DNA from: Nemertoderma westbladi
Taxonomy: Eukaryota > Animalia > Xenacoelomorpha
Length of the DNA stretch: 50,704 bases
Assembly (NCBI GenBank): GCA_032718475.1
Contig: JAUCBJ010001905.1
Span: 1-50,704, forward strand
Reading direction: 5' to 3'
The stretch's first letter is position 1. Every line of letters begins with the position of its first letter. The notes under the pieces are model-generated. The model worked only from the letters and a program-made list of their open reading frames with translations, had not been told where the DNA came from and made no database searches. The position numbers were made by a program, and so were the translations under genes. Below are positions 25,901-39,411 of the stretch, in pieces.

Positions 25901-28900
25901 ACGGAGGGATAGGAGGAATAACCATCAACACTATAGAGTTTACGGAGGGATAGGAGGTACACCATCAACACTACAGATATTACGGAGGGATAGGAGATAC
26001 GTCATCAACATTACAGAGTTTACGGAGGTACGCCAACAACACTACAGAGTTTACGGAGGTACGCCATCAACACTACAGGGTTTACTGAGGGATAAGAGAT
26101 ACGTCATCAACACTACAGAGTTTACGGAGGTACGCCATCAACACTACAGAGTTTACGGAAGTACGCCATCAACACTACAGAGTTTACAGAGGTACGCCAT
26201 CAACACTACAGAGTTTACGGAGGGATAGGAGGTCCACCATCAACACTACAGAGTTTACTGAGGGATAAGAGATACGTCATCAACACTACAGAGTTTACGG
26301 AGGTACGCCATCAACACTACAGAGTTTACGGAAGTACGCCATCAACACTACAGAGTTTACAGAGGTACGCCATCAACACTACAGAGTTTACGGAGGGATA
26401 GGAGGTCCACCATCAACACTACATAGTTTATGGAGGGATAGGAGGTACGCCATCAACACTACAGAGTTTACGGAGGGATAGGAGATACGTCATCAATACT
26501 ACAGAGTTTACGGAGGGATAGGAGATATGTCATCAACACTACAGAGTTTACGGAGGTACGCCATCAACACTAGAGAGTTTACGGAGGGATAGGAGGAATA
26601 ACCATCAACACTACAGAGTTTACGGAGGGATAGGAGGAATAACCATCAACACTATAGAGTTTACGGAGGGATAGGAGGTACACCATCAACACTACAGAGA
26701 TTACGGAGGGATAGGAGGTACACCATCAAACTACAGAGTTTACGGAGGGATAGGAGATACGTCATCAACACTACAGAGTTTACGGAGGGATAGGAGATAC
26801 GTCATCAACACTACAGAGTTTACGGAGGTACGCCATCAACACTACAGAGTTTACGGAGGTACGCCATCAACACTACAGAGTTTATGGAGGGGTAGGAGCT
26901 CCACCATCAACACTACAGAGTTTACTGAGGGATAAGAGATACGTCATCAACACTACAGAGTTTACGGAGGTACGCCATCAACACTACAGAGATTACGGAA
27001 GTACGCCACCAACACTACAGAGTTTACAGAGGTACGCCATCAACACTACAGAGTTTACGGAGGGATAGGAGGTACGCCATTAACACTACAGAGTTTACGG
27101 AGGGATAGGAGGTACACCATCAACACTACAGAGTTTACGGAGGGATAGGAGGTACACCATCAACATTACAGAGTTTACGGAGGGATAGGAGGTACACCAT
27201 CAACACTACAGAGTTTACGGAGGGATATGAGGTACACCATCAACACTACAGAGTTTACGGAGGGATAGGAGGTACACCATTAACACCACAGAGTTTACGG
27301 AGGGATAGGAGGTACACCATCAACACTACAGAGTTTACGGAGGGATAGGAGGTATGCCATTAACACTACAGAGTTTACGGAGGGATATGAGGTACACCAT
27401 CAACACTACAGAGTTTACTGCGGGATAGGAGGTACGCCATCAACACTACAGAGTTTACGGAGGGAGAGGAGGTACACCATCAACACTATAGAGTTTGTGG
27501 AGGGATAGGAGGTACGCCATTAACACTACAGAGTTTACGGAGGGATAGGAGGTACACCATTAACACTACAGAGTTTACGGAGGGATAGGAGGTACACCAT
27601 CAACACTAGAGTTAACGGAAGGATAGGAGGTACACCATCAACACTTCAGAGTTTACGGAGGTACGCCATTAACACTACAGAGTTTACGGAGGGATAGGAG
27701 GTACACCATCAACACTACAGAGTTTACGGAGGTACGCCATTAACACTACAGAGTTTACGGAAGGATAGGAGGTACACCATCAACACTACTGAGTTTATGG
27801 AGGTACGCCATTAACACTACAGTGTTTACAGAGGGATAGGGGGAATAACAATCAACACTACAGAGTTTACGGAGGGATAGGAGGAATAACCATCAACACT
27901 ATAGAGTTTACGGAGGGATAGGAGGTACACCATCAACACTACAGAGATTACGGAGGGATAGGAGGTACACCATCAACACTACAGAGTTTACGGAGGTATG
28001 TCATTAACACTACAGAGTTTACGGAGGGATAGGAGGTACACCATCAACACTACAGAGTTTACTGAGGGATAGGAGGTACACCATCAACACTACAGAGTTT
28101 ACGGAGGGATAGGAGGTACACCATCAAACTACAGAGTTTATGGAGGGATAGGAGATACGTCATCAACACTACAGAGTTACGCCATCAACACTACAGAGTT
28201 TACGGAGGTACGCCATCAACACTACAGAGTTTACGGAGGTACGCCATCAACACTACAGAGTTTACGGAGGGATAGGAGGTCCACCATCAACACTACAGAG
28301 TTTACTGAGGGATAAGAGATACGTCATCAACACGACAGAGTTTACGGAGGGATAGAAGGTACACCATCAACACTACCGAGTTTACGGAGGGATAGGATGT
28401 ACACCATCAAACTACAGAGTTTACGGAGGGATAGGAGATACGTCATCAACACTACAGAGTTTACGGAGTTACGCCATCAACACTACAGAGTTTACGGAGG
28501 TACGCCATCAACACTACAGAGTTTACGGAGGTACGCCATCAACACTACAGAGTTTACGGAGGGATAGGAGGTCCACCATCAACACTACAGAGTTTACAGA
28601 GGGATAGGAGATACGTCATCAACACTACAGAGTTTACGGAGGTACGCCATCAACACTACAGAGTTTACGGAGGGATAGGAGGTACACCATCAACACTACA
28701 GAGTTTACGGAGGGATAGGAGGTACACCATCAACACTACAGAGTTTACGGAGGGATAGGAGGTACACCATCAAACTACAGAGTTTACGGAGGGATAGGAG
28801 ATACGTCATCATCACTACAGAGTTTACGGAGTTACGCCATCAACACTACAGAGTTTACGGAGGTACGCCATCAACACTACAGAGTTTACGGAGGTACGCC

Positions 28901-29744
28901 ATCAACACTACAGAGTTTACAGAGGGATAGGAGGTCCACCATCAACACTACAGAGTTTACGGAGGGATAGGAGATACGTCATCAACACTACAGAGTTTAC
29001 GGAGGTATGCCATCAACACTACAGAGTTTACGGAGGGATAGGAGGTACACCATCAACACTACAGAGTTTACTGAGGGATAGGAGATACGTCTTCAACACT
29101 ACAGAGTTTACGGAGGGATATGAGGTACACCATCAACACTACAGAGTTTACGGAGGTACACCATCAACACTACAGAGTTTACGGAGGGATAGGAGGTATT
29201 CCATCAACACAACAGAGTTTTCGGAGGGATAGGAGGTACACCATCAACACTACAGAGTTTACGGAGGGATAGGAGGTATTCCATCAACACAACAGAGTTT
29301 TCGGAGGGATAGGAGGTACACCATCAACACTACAGAGTTTACGGAGGGATAGGATGTACACCATCAAACTACAGAGTTTACGGAGGGATATGATATACGT
29401 CATCAACACTACAGAGTTTACGGAGGTACGCCATCAACACTACAGAGTTTACGGAGGTACGCCATCAACACTACAGAGTTTACGGAGGGATAGGAGGTAC
29501 GCCATCAACACTACAGAGTTTACGGAGGGATAGGAGGTACACCATCAACACTACAGAGTTTACGGAGGGATAGGAGGTACACCATCAACACTACAGAGTT
29601 TACGGAGGTATACCATTAACACTACAGAGTTTACGGAGGGATAGGAGGTACACCATCAACACTACTGAGTTTATGGAGGTACGCCATTAACACTACAGAG
29701 TTTACGGAGGGATAGGAGGAATAACCATCAACACTACAGAGTTT

Positions 29745-30324
29745 TATTTATTATTATTTTTTATTTTTTTTTATATACTGGATACTCTTGTGCAAAATTT
29801 AAAATTTAACTTCCTGACCTATATAAGATTTCACAAAAATTGCCGCCCGTAACATCCTAACTATTTTTACTTCAAATTGTATAAAATAAATTATCAATAA
29901 CTTTTCTCTGAATCTACTCTGTTTTGGTCAATTAATTAAACATCATTCCTATTTAAATAAAATCGCCATCATCCACTCTTTCAATTTCAAATTTTAGTCT
30001 CAACCAAGTAGGTATCGGTCAATAGTATCACAATAAATTTAGTTAATGGTTCTATAAATATTTCATTTTTTGGGCCGGAGAGTATTTAAGGATATAAAAA
30101 AATGTGTCATAATATAAATACCCAAGGTAGTAAAATAATATTTCATGTCTGATACTTAGCTTAACACCTGGCTGATTGCGTCCACTAGCTCCAGGCTATT
30201 AGCAGTCAGCCAGCTTCAGTCATCATTTATAAGTATTGATTTAATTATGAAAGTGTATTGCAATTTCTTATTGTTTGATTGGAGAAATAAATATAATGAT
30301 AATGATAATGATAATGATAATGAT
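29745..30324 (+). mobile_element. Insert copy 3 (580 bp)
   Basis: Same junctions; one visible substitution (AAGATTTCAC vs AAGACTTCAC, ~29829). Confidence 0.7.
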
Positions 30325-31982
30325 ACGGAGGGATAGGAGGAATAACCATCAACACTATAGAGTTTACGGAGGGATAGGAGGTACACCATCAACACTACAG
30401 ATATTACGGAGGGATAGGAGATACGTCATCAACATTACAGAGTTTACGGAGGTACGCCAACAACACTACAGAGTTTACGGAGGTACGCCATCAACACTAC
30501 AGGGTTTACTGAGGGATAAGAGATACGTCATCAACACTACAGAGTTTACGGAGGTACGCCATCAACACTACAGAGTTTACGGAAGTACGCCATCAACACT
30601 ACAGAGTTTACAGAGGTACGCCATCAACACTACAGAGTTTACGGAGGGATAGGAGGTCCACCATCAACACTACAGAGTTTACTGAGGGATAAGAGATACG
30701 TCATCAACACTACAGAGTTTACGGAGGTACGCCATCAACACTACAGAGTTTACGGAAGTACGCCATCAACACTACAGAGTTTACAGAGGTACGCCATCAA
30801 CACTACAGAGTTTACGGAGGGATAGGAGGTCCACCATCAACACTACATAGTTTATGGAGGGATAGGAGGTACGCCATCAACACTACAGAGTTTACGGAGG
30901 GATAGGAGATACGTCATCAATACTACAGAGTTTACGGAGGGATAGGAGATATGTCATCAACACTACAGAGTTTACGGAGGTACGCCATCAACACTAGAGA
31001 GTTTACGGAGGGATAGGAGGAATAACCATCAACACTACAGAGTTTACGGAGGGATAGGAGGAATAACCATCAACACTATAGAGTTTACGGAGGGATAGGA
31101 GGTACACCATCAACACTACAGAGATTACGGAGGGATAGGAGGTACACCATCAAACTACAGAGTTTACGGAGGGATAGGAGATACGTCATCAACACTACAG
31201 AGTTTACGGAGGGATAGGAGATACGTCATCAACACTACAGAGTTTACGGAGGTACGCCATCAACACTACAGAGTTTACGGAGGTACGCCATCAACACTAC
31301 AGAGTTTATGGAGGGGTAGGAGGTCCACCATCAACACTACAGAGTTTACTGAGGGATAAGAGATACTTCATCAACACTACAGAGTTCACGGAGGTACGCC
31401 ATCAACACTACAGAGATTACGGAAGTACGCCACCAACACTACAGAGTTTACAGAGGTACGCCATCAACACTACAGTGTTTACGGAGGGATAGGAGGTCCA
31501 CCATCAACACTACAGAGTTTACTGAGGGATAAGAGATACGTCATCAACACGACAGAGTTTACAGAGGGATAGAAGGTACACCATCAACACTACAGAGTTT
31601 ACGGAGGGATAGGAGGTACGCCATCAACACTACAGAGTTTACGGAGGGATATGAGGTACACCATCAACACTACAGAGTTTACGGAGGGATAGGAGATATG
31701 TCATCAACACTACAGAGTTTACGGAGGTACGCCATCAACACTAGAGAGTTCACGAGGGATAGGAGGTACACCCTCAACACTACAGAGTTTATGGAGGTAC
31801 ACCATCAACACTACAGAGTTTACAGAGGGGTAGGAAAAACGTCATCAACACTACAGAGTTTTCGGAGGGATAGGAGGTACACCATCAACACTACAGAGTT
31901 TACGGAGGGATAGGAGGTACGCCATTAACACTACAGAGTTTACGGTGGGATAGGAGGAATAACCATCAACACTACAGAGTTT

Positions 31983-32562
31983 TATTTATTATTATTTTTT
32001 ATTTTTTTTTATATACTGGATACTCTTGTGCAAAATTTAAAATTTAACTTCCTGACCTATATAAGACTTCACAAAAATTGCCGCCCGTAACATCCTAACT
32101 ATTTTTACTTCAAATTGTATAAAATAAATTATCAATAACTTTTCTCTGAATCTACTCTGTTTTGGTCAATTAATTAAACATCATTCCTATTTAAATAAAA
32201 TCGCCATCATCCACTCTTTCAATTTCAAATTTTAGTCTCAACCAAGTAGGTATCGGTCAATAGTATCACAATAAATTTAGTTAATGGTTCTATAAATATT
32301 TCATTTTTTGGGCCGGAGAGTATTTAAGGATATAAAAAAATGTGTCATAATATAAATACCCAAGGTAGTAAAATAATATTTCATGTCTGATACTTAGCTT
32401 AACACCTGGCTGATTGCGTCCACTAGCTCCAGGCTATTAGCAGTCAGCCAGCTTCAGTCATCATTTATAAGTATTGATTTAATTATGAAAGTGTATTGCA
32501 ATTTCTTATTGTTTGATTGGAGAAATAAATATAATGATAATGATAATGATAATGATAATGAT
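31983..32562 (+). mobile_element. Insert copy 4 (580 bp)
   Basis: Same sequence and immediate junctions as copy 1. Confidence 0.7.
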
Positions 32563-35500
32563 ACGGAGGGATAGGAGGAATAACCATCAACACTATAGAG
32601 TTTACGGAGGGATAGGAGGTACACCATCAACACTACAGATATTACGGAGGGATAGGAGATACGTCATCAACATTACAGAGTTTACGGAGGTACGCCAACA
32701 ACACTACAGAGTTTACGGAGGTACGCCATCAACACTACAGGGTTTACTGAGGGATAAGAGATACGTCATCAACACTACAGAGTTTACGGAGGTACGCCAT
32801 CAACACTACAGAGTTTACGGAGGGATAGGAGGTCCACCATCAACACTACAGAGTTTACGGAAGTACGCCATCAACACTACAGAGTTTACAGAGGTACGCC
32901 ATCAACACTACAGAGTTTACGGAGGGATAGGAGGTCCACCATCAACACTACAGAGTTTACTGAGGGATAAGAGATACGTCATCAACACTACAGAGTTTAC
33001 GGAGGTACGCCATCAACACTACAGAGTTTACGGAAGTACGCCATCAACACTACAGAGTTTACAGAGGTACGCCATCAACACTACAGAGTTTACGGAGGGA
33101 TAGGAGGTCCACCATCAACACTACATAGTTTATGGAGGGATAGGAGGTACGCCATCAACACTACAGAGTTTACGGAGGGATAGGAGATACGTCATCAATA
33201 CTACAGAGTTTACGGAGGGATAGGAGATATGTCATCAACACTACAGAGTTTACGGAGGTACGCCATCAACACTAGAGAGTTTACGGAGGGATAGGAGGAA
33301 TAACCATCAACACTACAGAGTTTACGGAGGGATAGGAGGAATAACCATCAACACTATAGAGTTTACGGAGGGATAGGAGGTACACCATCAACACTACAGA
33401 GATTACGGAGGGATAGGAGGTACACCATCAAACTACAGAGTTTACGGAGGGATAGGAGATACGTCATCAACACTACAGAGTTTACGGAGGGATAGGAGAT
33501 ACGTCATCAACACTACAGAGTTTACGGAGGTACGCCATCAACACTACAGAGTTTACGGAGGTACGCCATCAACACTACAGAGTTTATGGAGGGGTAGGAG
33601 GTCCACCATCAACACTACAGAGTTTACTGAGGGATAAGAGATACGTCATCAACACTACAGAGTTCACGGAGGTACGCCATCAACACTACAGAGATTATGG
33701 AAGTACGCCACCAACACTACAGAGTTTACAGAGGTACGCCATCAACACTACAGTGTTTACGGAGGGATAGGAGGTCCACCATCAACACTACAGAGTTTAC
33801 TGAGGGATAAGAGATACGTCATCAACACGACAGAGTTTACAGAGGGATAGAAGGTACACCATCAACACTACAGAGTTTACGGAGGGATAGGAGGTACGCC
33901 ATCAACACTACAGAGTTTACGGAGGGATATGAGGTACACCATCAACACTACAGAGTTTACGGAGGGATAGGAGATATGTCATCAACACTACAGAGTTTAC
34001 GGAGGTACGCCATCAACACTAGAGAGTTCACGAGGGATAGGAGGTACACCCTCAACACTACAGAGTTTATGGAGGTACACCATCAACACTACAGAGTTTA
34101 CAGAGGGGTAGGAAAAACGTCATCAACACTACAGAGTTTTCGGAGGGATAGGAGGTACACCATCAACACTACAGAGTTTACGGAGGGATAGGAGGTACGC
34201 CATTAACACTACAGAGTTTACGGTGGGATAGGAGGTACACCATCAACACTACAGAGTTTACGGAGGGATAGGAGGTACGCCATTAACACTACAGAGTTTA
34301 CGGAGGGATAGGAGGTACACCATCAACACTACAGAGTTTACGGAGGGATAGGAGGTACACCATCAACATTACAGAGTTTACGGAGGGATAGGAGGTACAC
34401 CATCAACACTACAGAGTTTACGGAGGGATATGAGGTACACCATCAACACTACAGAGTTTACGGAGGGATAGGAGGTACACCATTAACACCACAGAGTTTA
34501 CGGAGGGATAGGAGGTACACCATCAACACTACAGAGTTTACGGAGGGATAGGAGGTATGCCATTAACACTACAGAGTTTACGGAGGGATATGAGGTACAC
34601 CATCAACACTACAGAGTTTACTGAGGGATAGGAGGTACGCCATCAACACTACAGAGTTTACGGAGGGAGAGGAGGTACACCATCAACACTATAGAGTTTA
34701 TGGAGGGATAGGAGGTACGCCATTAACACTACAGAGTTTATGGAGGGATAGGAGGTACACCATTAACACTACAGAGTTTACGGAGGGATAGGAGGTACAC
34801 CATCAACACTAGAGTTAACGGAAGGATAGGAGGTACACCATCAACACTTCAGAGTTTACGGAGGTACGCCATTAACACTACAGAGTTTACGGAGGGATAG
34901 GAGGTACACCATCAACACTACAGAGTTTACGGAGGTACGCCATTAACACTACAGAGTTTACGGAAGGATAGGAGGTACACCATCAACACTACTGAGTTTA
35001 TGGAGGTACGCCATTAACACTACAGTGTTTACAGAGGGAATAACCATCAACACTACAGAGTTTACGGAGGGATAGGAGGAATAACCATCAACACTATAGA
35101 GTTTACGGAGGGATAGGAGGTACACCATCAACACTACAGAGATTACGGAGGGATAGGAGGTACACCATCAACACTACAGAGTTTACGGAGGTATGTCATT
35201 AACACTACAGAGTTTACGGAGGGATAGGAGGTACACCATCAACACTACAGAGTTTACTGAGGGATAGGAGGTACACCATCAACACTACAGAGTTTACGGA
35301 GGGATAGGAGGTACACCATCAAACTACAGAGTTTATGGAGGGATAGGAGATACGTCATCAACACTACAGAGTTACGCCATCAACACTACAGAGTTTACGG
35401 AGGTACGCCATCAACACTACAGAGTTTACGGAGGTACGCCATCAACACTACAGAGTTTACGGAGGGATAGGAGGTCCACCATCAACACTACAGAGTTTAC

Positions 35501-38500
35501 TGAGGGATAAGAGATACGTCATCAACACGACAGAGTTTACGGAGGGATAGAAGGTACACCATCAACACTACCGAGTTTACGGAGGGATAGGATGTACACC
35601 ATCAAACTACAGAGTTTACGGAGGGATAGGAGATACGTCATCAACACTACAGAGTTTACGGAGTTACGCCATCAACACTACAGAGTTTATGGAGGTACGC
35701 CATCAACACTACAGAGTTTACGGAGGTACGCCATCAACACTACAGAGTTTACGGAGGGATAGGAGGTCCACCATCAACACTACAGAGTTTACAGAGGGAT
35801 AGGAGATACGTCATCAACACTACAGAGTTTACGGAGGTACGCCATCAACACTACAGAGTTTACGGAGGGATAGGAGGTACACCATCAACACTACAGAGTT
35901 TACGGAGGGATAGGAGGTACACCATCAACACTACAGAGTTTACGGAGGGATAGGAGGTACACCATCAAACTACAGAGTTTACGGAGGGATAGGAGATACG
36001 TCATCATCACTACAGAGTTTACGGAGTTACGCCATCAACACTACAGAGTTTACGGAGGTACGCCATCAACACTACAGAGTTTACGGAGGTACGCCATCAA
36101 CACTACAGAGTTTACAGAGGGATAGGAGGTCCACCATCAACACTACAGAGTTTACGGAGGGATAGGAGATACGTCATCAACACTACAGAGTTTACGGAGG
36201 TATGCCATCAACACTACAGAGTTTACGGAGGGATAGGAGGTACACCATCAACACTACAGAGTTTACTGAGGGATAGGAGATACGTCTTCAACACTACAGA
36301 GTTTACGGAGGGATATGAGGTACACCATCAACACTACAGAGTTTACGGAGGTACACCATCAACACTACAGAGTTTACGGAGGGATAGGAGGTATTCCATC
36401 AACACAACAGAGTTTTCGGAGGGATAGGAGGTACACCATCAACACTACAGAGTTTACGGAGGGATAGGAGGTATTCCATCAACACAACAGAGTTTTCGGA
36501 GGGATAGGAGGTACACCATCAACACTACAGAGTTTACGGAGGGATAGGAGGTACGCCATTAACACTACAGAGTTTACAGAGGGATAGGAGGTACACCATC
36601 AACACTACAGAGTTTACGGAGGGATAGGAGGTACACCATCAACACTACAGAGTTTATGGAGGGATAGGAGGTACACCATCAACACTACAGAGTTTACGGA
36701 AGGATAGGAGGTACACCATCAACACTACCGAGTTTACAGAGGGATAGGAGGTACACCATTAACACTACAGAGTTTACGGAGGTACGCCATCAACACTACA
36801 GAGTTTACGGAGGTACGCCATCAACACTACAGAGTTTACTGAGGGATAGGAGGTACACCATCAACACTACAGAGTTTACTGAGGGATAGGAGATACGTCT
36901 TCAACACTACAGAGTTTACGGAGGGATATGAGGTACACCATCAACACACTACAGAGTTTACGGAGGTACGCCATCAACACTACAGAGTTTATGGAGGGAT
37001 AGGAGGTACACCATCAACACTACAGAGTTTACGGAGGGATAGAAGGTACACCATCAACACTACAGAGTTTATGGAGGTACGCCATCAACACTACAGAATT
37101 TACGGAGGGATAGGAGGTATTCCATCAACACTACATAGTTTACGGAGGTACGCCATCAACACTACAGAGTTTATGGAGGGATAGGAGGTACACCATCAAC
37201 ACTACAGAGTTTACGGAGGGATAGAAGGTACACCATCAACACTACAGAGTTTATGGAGGTACGCCATCAACACCACAGAGTTTACGGAGGGAAAGGAGGT
37301 ACACCATCAACACTACAGAGTTTACGGAGGGATAGGAGGTACACCATCAACACTACAGAGTTTATGGAGGTACGCCATCAACACTACAGAATTTACGGAG
37401 GGATAGGAGGTATTCCATCAACACTACATAGTTTACGGAGGTACGCCATCAACACTGCAGAGTTTACGCAGGTACGCCATCAACACTACAGAGTTTACGG
37501 GGGGATATGAGGTACACCGTCAACACTACAGAGTTAACGGAGGGATAGGAGGTACACCATCAACACTACAGAGTTTACGGAGGTATAGGAGGTACACCAT
37601 GAACACTACAGAGTTTACGGAGGGATAGGAGGTACGCCATCAACACTACAAAGTTTACAGAGGGATAGGAGGTACACAATCAACACTACAGAGTCTACGG
37701 AGGGATAGGAAGTACACCATCAACACTACAGAGTTTACGGAGGGATAGGAGGTACACCATCAACACTACAGAGTTTACGAAGGGATAGGAGGTACGCCAT
37801 CAACACTACAGAGTTTACGGAGGGATAGGAGGTACACCATCAACACTACAGAGTTTATGGAGGGATAGGAGGTACACCATCAACACTACAGAGTTTACGA
37901 AGGGATAGGAGGTACGCCATCAACACTACAGAGTTTACGGAGGGATAGGAGGTAGACCATCAACACTACAGAGTATACGGAGGGATAGGAGGTAGACCAT
38001 CAACACTACAGAGTTTACGGAGGGATAGGAGGTAGACCATCAAACTACAGAGTTTACGGAGGGATAGGAGATACATCATCAACACTAGAGAGTTTACGGA
38101 GGGATAGGAGGTACACCATCAACACTAGAGTTTACGGAGGGATAGAAGGTACGTCATCAACACTACAGAGTTTACGGAGGGATAGGAGGTACACCATCAA
38201 CACTACAGAGTTTACGAAGGGATAGGAGGTACGCCATCAACACTACAGAGTTTACGGAGGGATAGGAGGTACACCATCAACACTACAGAGTTTACGGAGG
38301 GATAGGAGGTACACCATCAACACTAGAGTTTACGGAGGGATAGAAGGTACGTCATCAACACTACAGAGTTTACGGAGGGATAGGAGGTACACCATCAAAC
38401 TACAGAGTTTACGGAGGGATAGGAGATACGTCATCAACACTAGAGAGTTTACGGAGGGATAGGAGGTACACCATCAACACTAGAGTTTACTGAGGGATAG

Positions 38501-38582
38501 GAGGTACACCATCAACACACTAGAGTTTACGGAGGTACGCCATCAACACTACAGAGTTTATGGAGGGATAGGAGGTACACCA

Positions 38583-39365
38583 TCAACATTACCGAGTTTA
38601 CAGAGGGATAGGAGGTACACCATTAACACTACAGAGTTTACGGAGGTACGCCATCAACACTACAGAGTTTACGGAGGTACGCCATCAACACTACAGAGTT
38701 TACGGCAGTACGCCATCAACACTACAGAGTTTACGGAGGGATAGGAGGTACACCATCAACACTACAGAGTTTACTGAGGGATAGGAGGTACACCATCAAC
38801 ACTACAGAGTTTACGGAGGGATAGGAGGTACACCATCAACACTACAGAGTTTACTGAGGGATAGGAGGTACACCATCAACACACTAGAGTTTACGGAGGT
38901 ACGCCATCAACACTACAGAGTTTATGGAGGGATAGGAGGTACACCATCAACACTACATAGTTTACGGAGGGATAGGAGGTACACCATCAACACTACAGAG
39001 TTTACAGAGGTACGCCATCAACACTACAGAGTTTACGGAGGGATAGGAGGTATTCCATCAACACTACATAGTTTACGGAGGTACGCCATCAACACTACAG
39101 AGTTTATGGAGGTACACCATCAACACTACAGAGTTTACGGAGGGATATGAGGTACACCGTCAACACTACAGAGTTAACGGAGGGATAGGAGGTACACCAT
39201 CAACACTACAGAGTTTACGGAGGTATAGGAGGTACACCATCAACACTACAGAGTTTACGGAGGGATAGGAGGTACGCCATCAACACTACAAAGTTTACAG
39301 AGGGATAGGAGGTACACCATCAACACTACAGAGTCTACGGAGGGATAGGAAGTACACCATCAACA

Positions 39366-39411
<46 letters not shown>

